IMG/VR virus record: IMGVR_UViG_3300049180_000032
Coordinates: 1 to 40,478 of that record
Source of the DNA: a virus
Lineage: Duplodnaviria; Caudoviricetes
Reading direction: 5' to 3' (one strand)
Length of the DNA: 40,478 nucleotides
Below are positions 1 to 9,661 of the stretch, piece by piece (the first letter of the stretch is position 1; every line of letters starts with the position of its first letter). Under the pieces are notes generated by a model. It made no database searches and was not told the origin of the DNA. It worked only from the letters and a program-made list of their open reading frames with translations. The position numbers and the translations under genes are program-made.

Positions 1-127
1 CGCTGGCCGACTTCGTGAAGACGCTCCCCGATGCCCGCCTCATCCATGCCGGGCAGGGCGCCTACAACGTCCGCGCCGGCAACACGCTGGTGACGAACGA
101 GCGCGGCCAGCGCATCACGATCAAGGT
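1..127. repeat. 127-bp terminal direct repeat, left copy (circular contig overlap)
   Basis: Identical to 40352-40478; an ORF reads through the junction in frame. Confidence 0.95.
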
Positions 128-137
128 TTCCCCATGA
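1..137 (+). CDS. C-terminal end of the internal virion protein starting at 38206 (wraps the origin)
   Basis: After circularisation the frame from GTG 38206 ends at TGA 135-137, overlapping the ATG at 134. Confidence 0.85.
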   Translation, partial: LADFVKTLPDARLIHAGQGAYNVRAGNTLVTNERGQRITIKVSP

Positions 138-2272
138 TCGACGGCATGTTCCAGACGGGCACCGACCAGGTGCTCGACGATCAACTGCAGCGCGCCCCGG
201 CGTTCAAGGCCGACGATCCAAAGGGCGGTGTCGGGCAATTCCTATGGCAGGGCACGGCCAAGCCGGTGGCGGGCATGGTTGCCAATCGTCTCGCCTTCGG
301 GGCGGAAATTATTGGCGCATTCGGTGACGTGGCCGGCGCGGGCGGGTTCAACCAGGGCGGCATTTTCAGCACGCCCACCGCCAAGGAAAAGCAGGAGCAG
401 GACGCCGCGGCCAAGAACCTCCGCGAGCAAGGCCCCGGGTTCAGCAGCGAGGCCGGCGACATGTTCCGGGCCCGGGCGAAAGAGTTGATGCCGGACCCCC
501 AGACCACACATGCCAGCACTCAGGTCATGGCGGCACTGGTGGAGTTTGGCGGCGCCGCAGTGGGGTATGCGCTTACCACCGGTCCGGCTGCTCCGTTATT
601 GCTCGGCGCCGATATGGGCATGGCCGAAGCGGACAAGCTTAAGCAGCAGGGCGTAGACCTCGCTACGCGCACCAAGGTTGGCGCGGTGGCTGGCGTTGTG
701 GCTGGTGCGTCAGTTGCACTTCCCATAGCAGGGCGAACGATAGCGCAGACTGCCGGCCTCGTGGCCGTGGGCGGCCCGGGCGGGTTCATTGCGCAGAACG
801 CGGCATCGAAGGCGATTCTGGAAGCCAACGACTACAGCAAGCAGGCCAGCCAGTACGACCCGCTTGACCCCGTGGGCCTGGCGCTGTCCACCATCGTTCC
901 TGCCGGCTTCGGCGCTGTGGCCATGCGCGGCGCGCGGACGGCCCCGAAGGCAAGCGATCCGCGCGGTGTGCGGAACAACAACCCAGGGAACATCGAAGCA
1001 GGCAAAACTACATGGCAAGGGCAGGTTGGCAGCGATGGCCGGTTCGCCACCTTTGAAACGCCGGAGGCGGGTATCCGGGCGCTCGGCGTAAATCTGCTGA
1101 CGTACCAGGAGAAGCACGGCTTAAAGACGGTCGAAGGGATCATCAACCGTTGGGCGCCTCCCGGAGAGAACAACACGGGTGCCTACGTCAATGCGGTGGC
1201 GAAGGAACTGGGCGTAGGTCCGAAAGACCAGATCAACCTCCGAGACCCCGCCGTTCTAGAGAAGCTGACCGGAGCCATCGTTCGGCATGAGAACGGTAAG
1301 CAGCCGTACACGGCGGCCATGCTGCGTGAAGGTGTCGAGATGGCAATCACCGGCAAGAGCGTGTCGCGCGAGGCGCGCGCAGCCATCGCCCGCGATCCCG
1401 ACCTGGTAGCCGCGGCCCGGGTGCGCCAGACCCTGAACACCATCGACAGCTACCGGCTCACGTCCGACGCCGACATTACCGGCATGACCCGCCACCAGGA
1501 TGCGATGGAGTCGGCGCATGCGCAGCTCGCGCGCGGGGAGCCGGTGAGCGTGTCCGATCTGCTACAGCCGACCGAGCGCGTTGTCGAGGTTTCGCCCGTG
1601 GGCGCCATCGAAGCCGCGCCGCGTCTGGGCGCTGAGCCCGTTTCGATGGAACCCAGGGTGCTTACGCCAGAGGTGCGCGCTGCCACCGACCTGATCGACG
1701 CGATCGACCGCGGCGGCGTGCCGCTCAACCCGGCGCGCGTCAATTACATCGCACGGGATATGGGCATGGAGGTTTCGCGCTCCGCGCCTGTCGAGCAGAC
1801 GATTCAACGCATCCGCGAGGCTGTGGCCCGTGCGGCAGAGCCGACCGAGGCGCCAGCCGTGCGAGCCGCCGACCGTCCAGCCGCCTTGGTGGAAGCAATG
1901 GTCAAGGCATTCGAGCCGCCACGCCCGCCGCGTGCTGCCGCACAGGCTAAGCCGATCGACACGCCGGCCCGCGCCACTGGCCGCCAAATGTACGAGGCAG
2001 CGGGCGAATCCGGCCCATCCGCTCCAACGAACAAAGCGGTGGCAGCCGGCGAGGGCGCGCCATCCGCCGCCGCCAAAGATCCCGGCCCCGCGCTCGATCG
2101 CGCTGCGTCCGAGGCAGTCGAGTTGAACCCCGATCTCATGGTGCAACTGGAGGGCATGGACAAGCCGATGCGCGCGGCTGACCTGCTGGAGCAGGTAAAG
2201 AAGGAAGCCGCGGACGAGACGCGGGACAGTTCGCTCGTGGATGTGGCGGCGAACTGCTTTATCAGGACTTAG
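134..2272 (+). CDS. Internal virion/ejection protein with an NNPGNI lysozyme-like (putative muralytic) domain
   Basis: 712 aa, Ala/Gly-rich; RGVRNNNPGNI...FATFETPEAGIRA...IINRWAPPGENNTGAY...RHENG motif at 959-1309; lies among ejection genes. Confidence 0.75.
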   Translation: MIDGMFQTGTDQVLDDQLQRAPAFKADDPKGGVGQFLWQGTAKPVAGMVANRLAFGAEIIGAFGDVAGAGGFNQGGIFSTPTAKEKQEQDAAAKNLREQGPGFSSEAGDMFRARAKELMPDPQTTHASTQVMAALVEFGGAAVGYALTTGPAAPLLLGADMGMAEADKLKQQGVDLATRTKVGAVAGVVAGASVALPIAGRTIAQTAGLVAVGGPGGFIAQNAASKAILEANDYSKQASQYDPLDPVGLALSTIVPAGFGAVAMRGARTAPKASDPRGVRNNNPGNIEAGKTTWQGQVGSDGRFATFETPEAGIRALGVNLLTYQEKHGLKTVEGIINRWAPPGENNTGAYVNAVAKELGVGPKDQINLRDPAVLEKLTGAIVRHENGKQPYTAAMLREGVEMAITGKSVSREARAAIARDPDLVAAARVRQTLNTIDSYRLTSDADITGMTRHQDAMESAHAQLARGEPVSVSDLLQPTERVVEVSPVGAIEAAPRLGAEPVSMEPRVLTPEVRAATDLIDAIDRGGVPLNPARVNYIARDMGMEVSRSAPVEQTIQRIREAVARAAEPTEAPAVRAADRPAALVEAMVKAFEPPRPPRAAAQAKPIDTPARATGRQMYEAAGESGPSAPTNKAVAAGEGAPSAAAKDPGPALDRAASEAVELNPDLMVQLEGMDKPMRAADLLEQVKKEAADETRDSSLVDVAANCFIRT

Positions 2273-2478
2273 GTGGGGTCAATGCCAAGCGCCAGGAACA
2301 CCACCGCCAGCAGCGCGCCCACCGCCATAGGGGCGGCGAACAGGACGAGCACCGTCAAGCCGTATTCCCGTAGGCAGCGCTTGACAGCCGGCCAGCTCCC
2401 GGTAGCGAACCATGTTGCCAACGGGACGATAGACAGCATCCCGAGGATGGCCGCAAAACCTAAGAAGAAGGACTTCAT
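2269..2478 (-). CDS. Antisense 69-aa two-TM membrane protein, candidate superinfection exclusion
   Basis: MKSFFLGFAAILGMLSIVPLATWF...YGLTVLVLFAAPMAVGALLAVVFLALG; exactly fills the gap between two virion genes. Confidence 0.65.
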   Translation of the reverse strand: MKSFFLGFAAILGMLSIVPLATWFATGSWPAVKRCLREYGLTVLVLFAAPMAVGALLAVVFLALGIDPT

Positions 2479-4992
2479 ATGCACCCGGATTGTGTAGCAA
2501 GTGTTCAGGCAGCGGCAGAAAAGTTGGGGCGATCGCCTTTGACCCGCGCCCAATTGGAAGCCATCGAGTCCCGAATTCTGGCAACTCAGCGCCAGATGGC
2601 TCGCACCGACCCTGATTGGCAGTCCCGGACGGCGGATGAGCGGGTGCTCGTCGCGGCGGAACAAGCAATGGCCGACATCAAGGCGGAAGCCGATCGGAAA
2701 GTCGCCAATGCACAGCGCCAGATCCTAAAGACTGCGGCAACGGATTCCCGTGTAGTCGGGCTCATGGCGAAAGAAAAGGCCAGCCGGAGCCACGCCATTG
2801 TGCGCGACATCGAGCAGACGCAGCAGTACATCAACGGCATCCGCAACGAGTCCATGGGCAACCTCATGAACCTGCTGGACGCCGCGAACTCGGGCGAAGG
2901 CGCTGGGTTCGGGCGCCGAATGGCCATGTTCCTGTTTGACGCCGACAACCCGGCGATGACCCGTGACCTTGCGCGCGAGATCTTCCAAAAGGGCGATGGC
3001 AGCTCTGGCAACAAGATCGCGCAGGAAGGTGCAAAGGCGTATCTCCAGGTGATCGAAGGCAACCGCCAGCGCTTCAACAATGGGGGCGGGGATGTCGGGC
3101 GGTTGGAATACGGCTATATCCCCCAGCCACATGAGGCGACCGCCGTGCGCAGTGCAGGCCGCGAGAAGTGGGTGGACAAGATCATGCCCCTGCTGGATCG
3201 CAGCAAGTACGTGCTCGAAGACGGTAGCCGGATGGGCGACGAGCAACTGCGCGGTGTTCTCGGCAGCGCATGGGAGACGATCGCGACGGAGGGCTTGAAC
3301 AAGATGGAGCCAGGGAGCTTCCGTGGCGGCGGGGCCAAGGCGAATGCCGGCAGCGAGTCGCGCCAGATTCACTTCAAGGATGCAGACGGTTATCTCGCCT
3401 ACATGCAGGAGTTTGGCCGCGGCGGCATGTACGACGCCGTAATGGGCCACGTGGGCCGCATGGCGCGCGACATCGGCCTTATAGAGCGGTATGGCCCCAA
3501 CCCCAACGCTCAGATGAAATTGCAATTTGACCTGGCCGCGCGCACCGATGGGCGGACGCCGGACAACCTGGAGCGGACATTCGGCATCTCGCCCCAGTCG
3601 TACTGGAACCACATCAACGGCACCACCAGCACGGCGCAATCAGCAAACATCGCGTCGATCGGCATGCACGTCCGTGCCATGCAGACGATGGGCAAGCTGG
3701 GCGGGGCGGTCATTTCCAGCATCACGGACCTTGGGACGTTCTTCGTCACGACTGGGTACAACCGCCTCAGCTACTGGGATGCGGTCAAGAACATTGGCAA
3801 GACGGCGGCCAGCAAGGACGCGCGAGATTTCCTGACCGCCCACGGCGTCATCGCGGAATCGATGTCCAACGACATGAGCCGCTGGGCTGGCGACCACATC
3901 GCGCAAAACTGGTCGGGGCGCCTGGCCAACAGCACGATGAAGCTGTCCCTGATGAACGCATGGACCGACACGCTCCGGCGCTCGTTCAGCCTGACGCAAA
4001 TGCAGGGTCTGGCGAAGATCTCCAAAACTGAATGGGGAAAGCTGAACGAATGGGACCGCGCTCTGTTGGAGCGCAAGGGATTCGACGAAGCCGACTGGCA
4101 GGTGGTGCAAAAAGCCGAACTGACTGATTTCAGCGGAAAGCAGCACCTCACGCCCGAGGCGATCCGAGCCAGTGGTGACGAGCGGGCAAACGAGGTCGTC
4201 TCCAAGTACCTCGGCATGATCCAGGATGAGGCGGAGTTCGCCGTCCTGAACCCCGACCTTGCGGCGAAGGTGGCCGGCACTGCGGGGTTGCAGGCTGGCA
4301 CTGTGTCGGGCGAGTTGGCCCGCAGCATGATGCAATTCAAGTCGTTTCCGCTCGCCATGGTGTCGCGGCACTGGCGGCGCATGTTCGATGCACCCAAGGT
4401 TGCGGACGGCAGTGCGCCGGCTATGGGCAATCGTGTGATGTACGGGATGGCGCTGGCTGTCACGACGAGTGCACTCGGGGCCATTGCGACGCAGGCAAAG
4501 CAGATCGTTTCCGGCAAAGACCCGATCGATATGACCGGCCCACATGCGGGGAAGTTCTGGGTCAGGGCGGTAGCCCAGGGCGGCGGCCTATCCATCGTCG
4601 GCGATCTGTTGCTGAACAATCCGAATGATTCGCTTGGCGGGTTCGCCCGATCGTTTGGCGGAACGCTGGCCGGCCCGGCGATCAGCACCGCTGCCGAAGG
4701 CCTTGGGATCGCGCTGGAAGAGGGCTACAAGGCTTCAGAAGGCAAGCAGACACACGCCGCCGCGCGCACGGTCAGGCTGCTGCGCAGCAATCTCCCGTAC
4801 GTGAATCTCTGGTATGCCAAATCTGCACTGGATCACGCGGGCATGCACGCACTTCAGGAATCGCTCTCCCCCGGCTACCTGAGCAAGATGAAGGCGCGAG
4901 CGTCTAAAGATTTTGGTTCCACCTACTGGTGGTCCCCGGGAACAGGCGCCCCGGAACGCGCGCCCGACATGGCAAAGGCGGTGGGGCAATGA
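2479..4992 (+). CDS. Large internal virion/DNA ejection protein
   Basis: 837 aa, helical; QFKSFP and NLPYVNLWYAK motifs recalled from BPP-1/epsilon15-type large core proteins; synteny. Confidence 0.75.
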   Translation: MHPDCVASVQAAAEKLGRSPLTRAQLEAIESRILATQRQMARTDPDWQSRTADERVLVAAEQAMADIKAEADRKVANAQRQILKTAATDSRVVGLMAKEKASRSHAIVRDIEQTQQYINGIRNESMGNLMNLLDAANSGEGAGFGRRMAMFLFDADNPAMTRDLAREIFQKGDGSSGNKIAQEGAKAYLQVIEGNRQRFNNGGGDVGRLEYGYIPQPHEATAVRSAGREKWVDKIMPLLDRSKYVLEDGSRMGDEQLRGVLGSAWETIATEGLNKMEPGSFRGGGAKANAGSESRQIHFKDADGYLAYMQEFGRGGMYDAVMGHVGRMARDIGLIERYGPNPNAQMKLQFDLAARTDGRTPDNLERTFGISPQSYWNHINGTTSTAQSANIASIGMHVRAMQTMGKLGGAVISSITDLGTFFVTTGYNRLSYWDAVKNIGKTAASKDARDFLTAHGVIAESMSNDMSRWAGDHIAQNWSGRLANSTMKLSLMNAWTDTLRRSFSLTQMQGLAKISKTEWGKLNEWDRALLERKGFDEADWQVVQKAELTDFSGKQHLTPEAIRASGDERANEVVSKYLGMIQDEAEFAVLNPDLAAKVAGTAGLQAGTVSGELARSMMQFKSFPLAMVSRHWRRMFDAPKVADGSAPAMGNRVMYGMALAVTTSALGAIATQAKQIVSGKDPIDMTGPHAGKFWVRAVAQGGGLSIVGDLLLNNPNDSLGGFARSFGGTLAGPAISTAAEGLGIALEEGYKASEGKQTHAAARTVRLLRSNLPYVNLWYAKSALDHAGMHALQESLSPGYLSKMKARASKDFGSTYWWSPGTGAPERAPDMAKAVGQ

Positions 4993-5330
4993 GGGAAGAT
5001 CAAAAAGCACGGCTCGACGAGATCGACGAATTGCTGGTAGAGCAGTTCATCTCGGAGGCCGATCCACGCAACTGGCCAGGCTTTGGGAAGCTGCCAGCCG
5101 ATCTCACGCGCGAGGAGCGCGGCGATGCGCACTGGACGCGCAAAAGCGCCGTGGGCACGGCGGCCACGCTGCGCACGCTCCACGACCTGGTGGACCGGCA
5201 CCTCGGCAACGTGAGCAAAGACCCTGGCACGCAGGAGGGGCGTGACGACGACCTCGACAATAAGATCAACAAGTACGAGCAGGAGGCGGCGAGGCTGCTT
5301 GAGAAGGTGCAGGCGGTAGGCCGCAAGTAA
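4989..5330 (+). CDS. Putative terminase small subunit
   Basis: 113 aa, ATGA-coupled to the upstream gene, directly abuts terL; helical and charged. Confidence 0.5.
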   Translation: MREDQKARLDEIDELLVEQFISEADPRNWPGFGKLPADLTREERGDAHWTRKSAVGTAATLRTLHDLVDRHLGNVSKDPGTQEGRDDDLDNKINKYEQEAARLLEKVQAVGRK

Positions 5331-6941
5331 GTGGCCCGCCCGTCCTTCCTTGCGTTCTTTCTGGCGTGGGCTGAGCGCCAGGGCTGGGCCGTCCCTGAGC
5401 CGCACATCCGCATCTGCCATTGGCTGGAGCACCGCGGCGACCTAGCCGTGCTGCGCTGCCACCGTGGCATCGGCAAGTCCACGCTGCTGGCTGTCTACAA
5501 CGCCTGGCGCTACACCTACGACCCGAGCTATCGCATCCTGCACCAGTCGGAAGCTGACGGAACCGCCTACAAGACCAGCCGCGACACGCAAAACGTGCTG
5601 CGCCGGCACCCGTGGACCGAAGGCATGCTGCCGGACGGACAGGGCACCGTCGAACAGTGGTGGGTAGTTGGCGCGACCGATGCGCGGAATGCGTCGATGT
5701 ACGCCAAGGGCATCCTGTCCAACGTCACCAGCGCGCGCGCGGACGAGTGCCAGAACGATGACGTGGAGGTTCCGCGGAACATCGGCACGCCCGAGGCGCG
5801 CGAGAAGCTGCGCTATCGGCTGGGCGAGCAGACCCACATTCTTGTCCCGGGTGGGCGGCACCTGTACATCGGCACGCCGCACACGCACGACAGCTTGTAT
5901 GACGAACAGGAGCGGCTTGGCGCGGACTGCCTGACCATCCGCATGTTCGACAAGGAGCACCGCACCGACAAGCCGGCCTTGGTGATCGACCCGGGCTTCG
6001 CGCCCGAGTACATCTTCATCGGCATTGGGAAGGGAGCGCGGCTCCTGAAGCCGGAAGTGGACTACTGGGTCAAGGGCACGCAGGTGCGTTTTGCCGGCAT
6101 GCCCGAGGGCTTCATCGATTGCTACGCCGGCTGCGCCTGGCCGGAGCGGTTCACGCGCGAGGAACTGCTGACGCGCCGCCGCAAGACCCGCACCATCAAC
6201 GAATGGGACTCGCAGTACCAGCTCCACAGCAAGCCGATCGGGGACGTGCGGCTCGATCCCGAGAAGATCATTCCCTACGACCTCAAGCCGAAGTTGTCCA
6301 CGGCCAACCGGCAAGCAGTGCTCATGCTCGGGAACGTGCGCATCGTGAGCGCCGCATGCCGATGGGACTGCGCGCTGGGCAAGATCGACACCGACGCTTC
6401 AGCCATCTCGCTCGTGTACAGCGATGCCGCGGGCCGGCTGTACTGGCAGTTCGCGGTTGGGCTGACCGGCGACATCGATGACCAGTGCGACCAGGTGCGC
6501 AAACTGGTGCTCGAGTACCACATCCCGAGTGTCACGGTGGAAACCAACGGGCCGGGCGGTTTCGTTCCTCCCATCCTGCGCAAGCACCTGAAGGGCCAGG
6601 GCGGCAAGAAGCCACTGCCCGCGGTGGTGTGCGGGGTCGTCGAAGACCACGCCAGCACGAACAAGAACAAGGACATCCTCGACGCCTTCGAGGCTCCCAT
6701 GTCCATCGGGTTGCTGTGGGCGCACGTGGATGTGCTGGATGGACCGATGTGGGACCAGATGAAAGACTGGAACCCGGCAGTCACTAACCAGCCGGACGAT
6801 TACATCGACTCAGGCGCGCGCGCGATTCGCTCCAACCCCGTCCGCATCGGCAGCAGGCAAGGCGCCGGGATTCCGGCAGAGGTAGGCGGTGCAATGTGGC
6901 GGCCAGATTCTGGCGTCCATGAAGTCACGCTGGAGGCCTAA
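5331..6941 (+). CDS. terL: Terminase large subunit
   Basis: Walker A CHRGIGKST, Walker B-like CQNDDVE, motif III YIGTPH, nuclease motifs RWD, VETNG, DDYIDS. Confidence 0.9.
   Translation: MARPSFLAFFLAWAERQGWAVPEPHIRICHWLEHRGDLAVLRCHRGIGKSTLLAVYNAWRYTYDPSYRILHQSEADGTAYKTSRDTQNVLRRHPWTEGMLPDGQGTVEQWWVVGATDARNASMYAKGILSNVTSARADECQNDDVEVPRNIGTPEAREKLRYRLGEQTHILVPGGRHLYIGTPHTHDSLYDEQERLGADCLTIRMFDKEHRTDKPALVIDPGFAPEYIFIGIGKGARLLKPEVDYWVKGTQVRFAGMPEGFIDCYAGCAWPERFTREELLTRRRKTRTINEWDSQYQLHSKPIGDVRLDPEKIIPYDLKPKLSTANRQAVLMLGNVRIVSAACRWDCALGKIDTDASAISLVYSDAAGRLYWQFAVGLTGDIDDQCDQVRKLVLEYHIPSVTVETNGPGGFVPPILRKHLKGQGGKKPLPAVVCGVVEDHASTNKNKDILDAFEAPMSIGLLWAHVDVLDGPMWDQMKDWNPAVTNQPDDYIDSGARAIRSNPVRIGSRQGAGIPAEVGGAMWRPDSGVHEVTLEA
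6864..6895 (+). promoter_or_regulatory. Putative late promoter 3 (activator box + -10 TGCAAT), inside terL, upstream of tail fibre and lysis genes
   Basis: GCCGGGATTCCGGCA at 6864-6878 identical to 28958 and 32655; 11-nt spacer then TGCAAT. Confidence 0.6.
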
Positions 6942-8623
6942 TGACCGTTCCCGTTCAGACCCCCGTTGCCAATCACATAGGCAACGGCGTCACTACCGCA
7001 TTCGCGTACGGCTTCAAGTTGCTGGACGAGTCCGACATCGTGGTAAGTGTCGATGGCGTGGAAAAAACGCTCGACATCGACTTCTCCATCGCTGGCGTGG
7101 GCGTGGAATCGGGCGGCACGGTGACTTTCGCCGTCGCACCGGCAGCGCTCTCCGAAGTAGCGCTTGTCCGGCAAGTGGCCCTCAACCGGCTAACTGACTA
7201 CCAATACGCGGGCGATTTCGAGTCGCCCACGGTCAATCGCGACTTCGACCGGCTGGTGATGATGCTGCAGGACAGCGGCCTCGCACTGGCAAACACGATC
7301 CGCCTGCCTCCTGGTGACGCCTCCGATGGCGTGCTGCCCAGCGCGAGCAATCGAGCGCTCAAGGGCCTGGCCTTCGACGCGGACGGCAATGTGATCCTGA
7401 CAGTGGCCAGCGACGCAACCGCTCTCGCTGCGGCTCTTGCAAGCCCTGGTGTCGTGGCCAGCACCGGCGCGGGCATCGTGTCCTTCAATGATGCAGCACC
7501 TTACGCCGCGGGCACCACGGGCCAGAAGTTGCAACTGCTCGATGCGGAACTTGGCGGGGTGATCTCCGACCTGGGCGACGGCACATTCCCGCCAGTCAGC
7601 TCGGTGACGAACGCCAAGCTGTCGGACATGGCGGCGGCCACCCTCAAGGGGCGCGCCACCGGAGCCGGCACAGGCGCCCCGGTTGACCTGACTGCAGCAC
7701 AAGCGCGCACCATCCTCAATGGGACCGCATGGGATCTTGCTGTCGGAACGGTTGACCTCACGAAGTCATTGACTGGGGCAGTTGCCCCATCGCCGCCGCT
7801 CAACATCACGGTAACCGACACGCTGAACATCGCCGGGAACTTCGCGTTCGGCGCGGCCATCTTGGTCAACCGCACAGGCGGCACCGGGCACCGTGAAGCG
7901 GCCACCGCTCGTATCACCAGCAACGGCGCCCCAGCCAGTGAGTTTTGCGTCGGCTTCCATGGCCTTGCCCGCGTTCAAACGGGGTCCGGCAATGCCTTCG
8001 GTCTGAACGGCTATGCATGGGTCGATGCTGCCGCGCTCGCCACGGCTGAAATCTGTGGCGGGGAGATGAACACCGATGCGCGCCGCAGCGTCAATCGCAA
8101 GGTTGGCCTCCAAGTTGTTGACGTTGCCACGTCCACGGGCGCTGGGACAGCGTACGACGCCGGCGTCATCATCGGCAGGCAGGCAGGCGGCAACGGCTAC
8201 AACATCGGGATCTCTTTCGGGTTCGATGGAACGACAGGCTTCGGCGTGCAGACGGGCGGCACGTTCATCTCCGCGCCCACGAGCGTCACGTCATTCCGGG
8301 CTGGCCTCGACCTGGCCGGTATCTCTACGTGGTCTGTTGCACCAATCCTGCTGCGCCCCAACTCCAAAGGCATCTGGTGGGGAACAACTGCGGAGGGCGG
8401 TTCCGTCATCAGCGAGACGGCAACGGGAGGCGGTGTCGTAACGTTTCTGAACGCGGAAACCAGGGTGAAGTTCGGGGCCACTAACGTCGCAGCCTGGACG
8501 ATCCGCGACACCTTCCTCATCGTGCGCACTGGAGCTGACGGCGCCGAGATTTTCCGGCGCCTCATTGCGGGCGCGGCAGATTCTGGCGGCGCCGGCTATC
8601 GCGCGTTGCGCGTGGAGAACTGA
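6941..8623 (+). CDS. Tail fibre / receptor-binding protein
   Basis: T7 gp17-like N-terminal anchor (GNGVTTAFAYGF...TVNRDFDRLVMMLQ); Gly/Thr-rich beta C-terminus ending GAADSGGAGYRALRVEN. Confidence 0.85.
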   Translation: MTVPVQTPVANHIGNGVTTAFAYGFKLLDESDIVVSVDGVEKTLDIDFSIAGVGVESGGTVTFAVAPAALSEVALVRQVALNRLTDYQYAGDFESPTVNRDFDRLVMMLQDSGLALANTIRLPPGDASDGVLPSASNRALKGLAFDADGNVILTVASDATALAAALASPGVVASTGAGIVSFNDAAPYAAGTTGQKLQLLDAELGGVISDLGDGTFPPVSSVTNAKLSDMAAATLKGRATGAGTGAPVDLTAAQARTILNGTAWDLAVGTVDLTKSLTGAVAPSPPLNITVTDTLNIAGNFAFGAAILVNRTGGTGHREAATARITSNGAPASEFCVGFHGLARVQTGSGNAFGLNGYAWVDAAALATAEICGGEMNTDARRSVNRKVGLQVVDVATSTGAGTAYDAGVIIGRQAGGNGYNIGISFGFDGTTGFGVQTGGTFISAPTSVTSFRAGLDLAGISTWSVAPILLRPNSKGIWWGTTAEGGSVISETATGGGVVTFLNAETRVKFGATNVAAWTIRDTFLIVRTGADGAEIFRRLIAGAADSGGAGYRALRVEN

Positions 8624-8627
8624 TCCC

Positions 8628-8843
8628 ATGATCCTCAATGTGAACGACCGCGTGGCCCTTCAAGTGGGCCGTCTAAACATCGCCGTGCTGGAGAACTCCG
8701 CCCAACTCGACGAGCAAAACGCCGTGTTGACGCGCGCATGGGGCGCATTGGTGCAGGCCGCAAAGGCTGGCGCCGCGCCCGACCTGGACAAGCTCAAGGC
8801 CGAGGACAAGCAATTTGCGGCCTGGCTGGAGCAGAACCCGTGA
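8628..8843 (+). CDS. Hypothetical protein, possible fibre chaperone
   Basis: 71 aa after the tail fibre with a GGAG RBS. Confidence 0.55.
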   Translation: MILNVNDRVALQVGRLNIAVLENSAQLDEQNAVLTRAWGALVQAAKAGAAPDLDKLKAEDKQFAAWLEQNP

Positions 8844-9178
8844 CTCGTACCAAGCCGGCGCCCCTGGAAGACGAGCATCCTGAAGGGCACCGCCTCATGA
8901 AATTCGATCCGACGATCAGCACCGGGACCATCCTGCAGACCGTTGTCGTCTCCCTTGCGGGGGTGGCCTTCTTCTATGGCCTGAAGGCCGAGAACGCCGC
9001 GACAAGGGCCGATCTCGAGCAGACCAAGGCCGTGGCCCTCATCGAGCGCGCGCAGACCACGCAAGCCCTCGGCGAGATCAAGGCCGAGATGAAGGAGCAG
9101 GCCAAGACGCTCAACGACCTGAAGGAAGGCATCGCCATCCTGCGCGGGCGTTCTGCGGAAACAGGGGGCAAGCGATGA
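8840..9178 (+). CDS. Single-TM + coiled-coil lysis-cassette protein (holin/antiholin-like)
   Basis: TM ILQTVVVSLAGVAFFYGL followed by a coiled coil; coupled to the endolysin; alternative ATG at 8897. Confidence 0.55.
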   Translation: MTRTKPAPLEDEHPEGHRLMKFDPTISTGTILQTVVVSLAGVAFFYGLKAENAATRADLEQTKAVALIERAQTTQALGEIKAEMKEQAKTLNDLKEGIAILRGRSAETGGKR

Positions 9179-9651
9179 ACTTCGATCAAGCATTCGAGCG
9201 GCTTATCGGGCACGAGGGCGGCTACGTCAACGACCCGCGCGACCCGGGCGGAGAAACCAACTGGGGCATCACCTTTGCCGTTGCGCGCGCCGAGGGCTAC
9301 GCCGGCCCGATGCGTGACCTGCCCATCGTCACGGCCAAAGACATCTACCGGAAGCGCTACTGGAACCCCGTGCATGCCGACGAGCTGCCTGACAGTGTGC
9401 GGTTCGACGTATTCGACGCCGCGGTGAACCATGGCCCAGGCCAGGCCGCCAAGTGGCTACAGCGCGCCGTAGGCACCCAGCCTGATGGTGTGATCGGCGC
9501 GGCCACCATCGGCGCTGCACGTGGCGCCGGCCCGCTCATCGTCGCCGCCTTCAACGGGTATCGCCTCCAGTTCTATACCGACCTCCCGACCTGGCCGACC
9601 TTCGGCAAGGGGTGGGCGCGGCGCGTGGCCGCGAACCTTCGCGCAGCCTGA
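9175..9651 (+). CDS. Endolysin, glycoside hydrolase family 108 with peptidoglycan-binding domain
   Basis: HEGGYVNDPRDPGGETNWGIT, FDAAVNHG, LQRAVG..DGVIG, FGKGWARR. Confidence 0.92.
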   Translation: MNFDQAFERLIGHEGGYVNDPRDPGGETNWGITFAVARAEGYAGPMRDLPIVTAKDIYRKRYWNPVHADELPDSVRFDVFDAAVNHGPGQAAKWLQRAVGTQPDGVIGAATIGAARGAGPLIVAAFNGYRLQFYTDLPTWPTFGKGWARRVAANLRAA

Positions 9652-9661
9652 AAGGCACTCC

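Noticed and set aside
1-127. Biological direct terminal repeat
   Set aside because: 127 bp matches a common assembler k-mer and the repeat falls mid-gene, so it shows circularity rather than true genome ends
6902-6914. GCCAGATTCTGGC as a fourth late box
   Set aside because: Shorter with different arms and no matching -10 spacing; may be chance or a minor site
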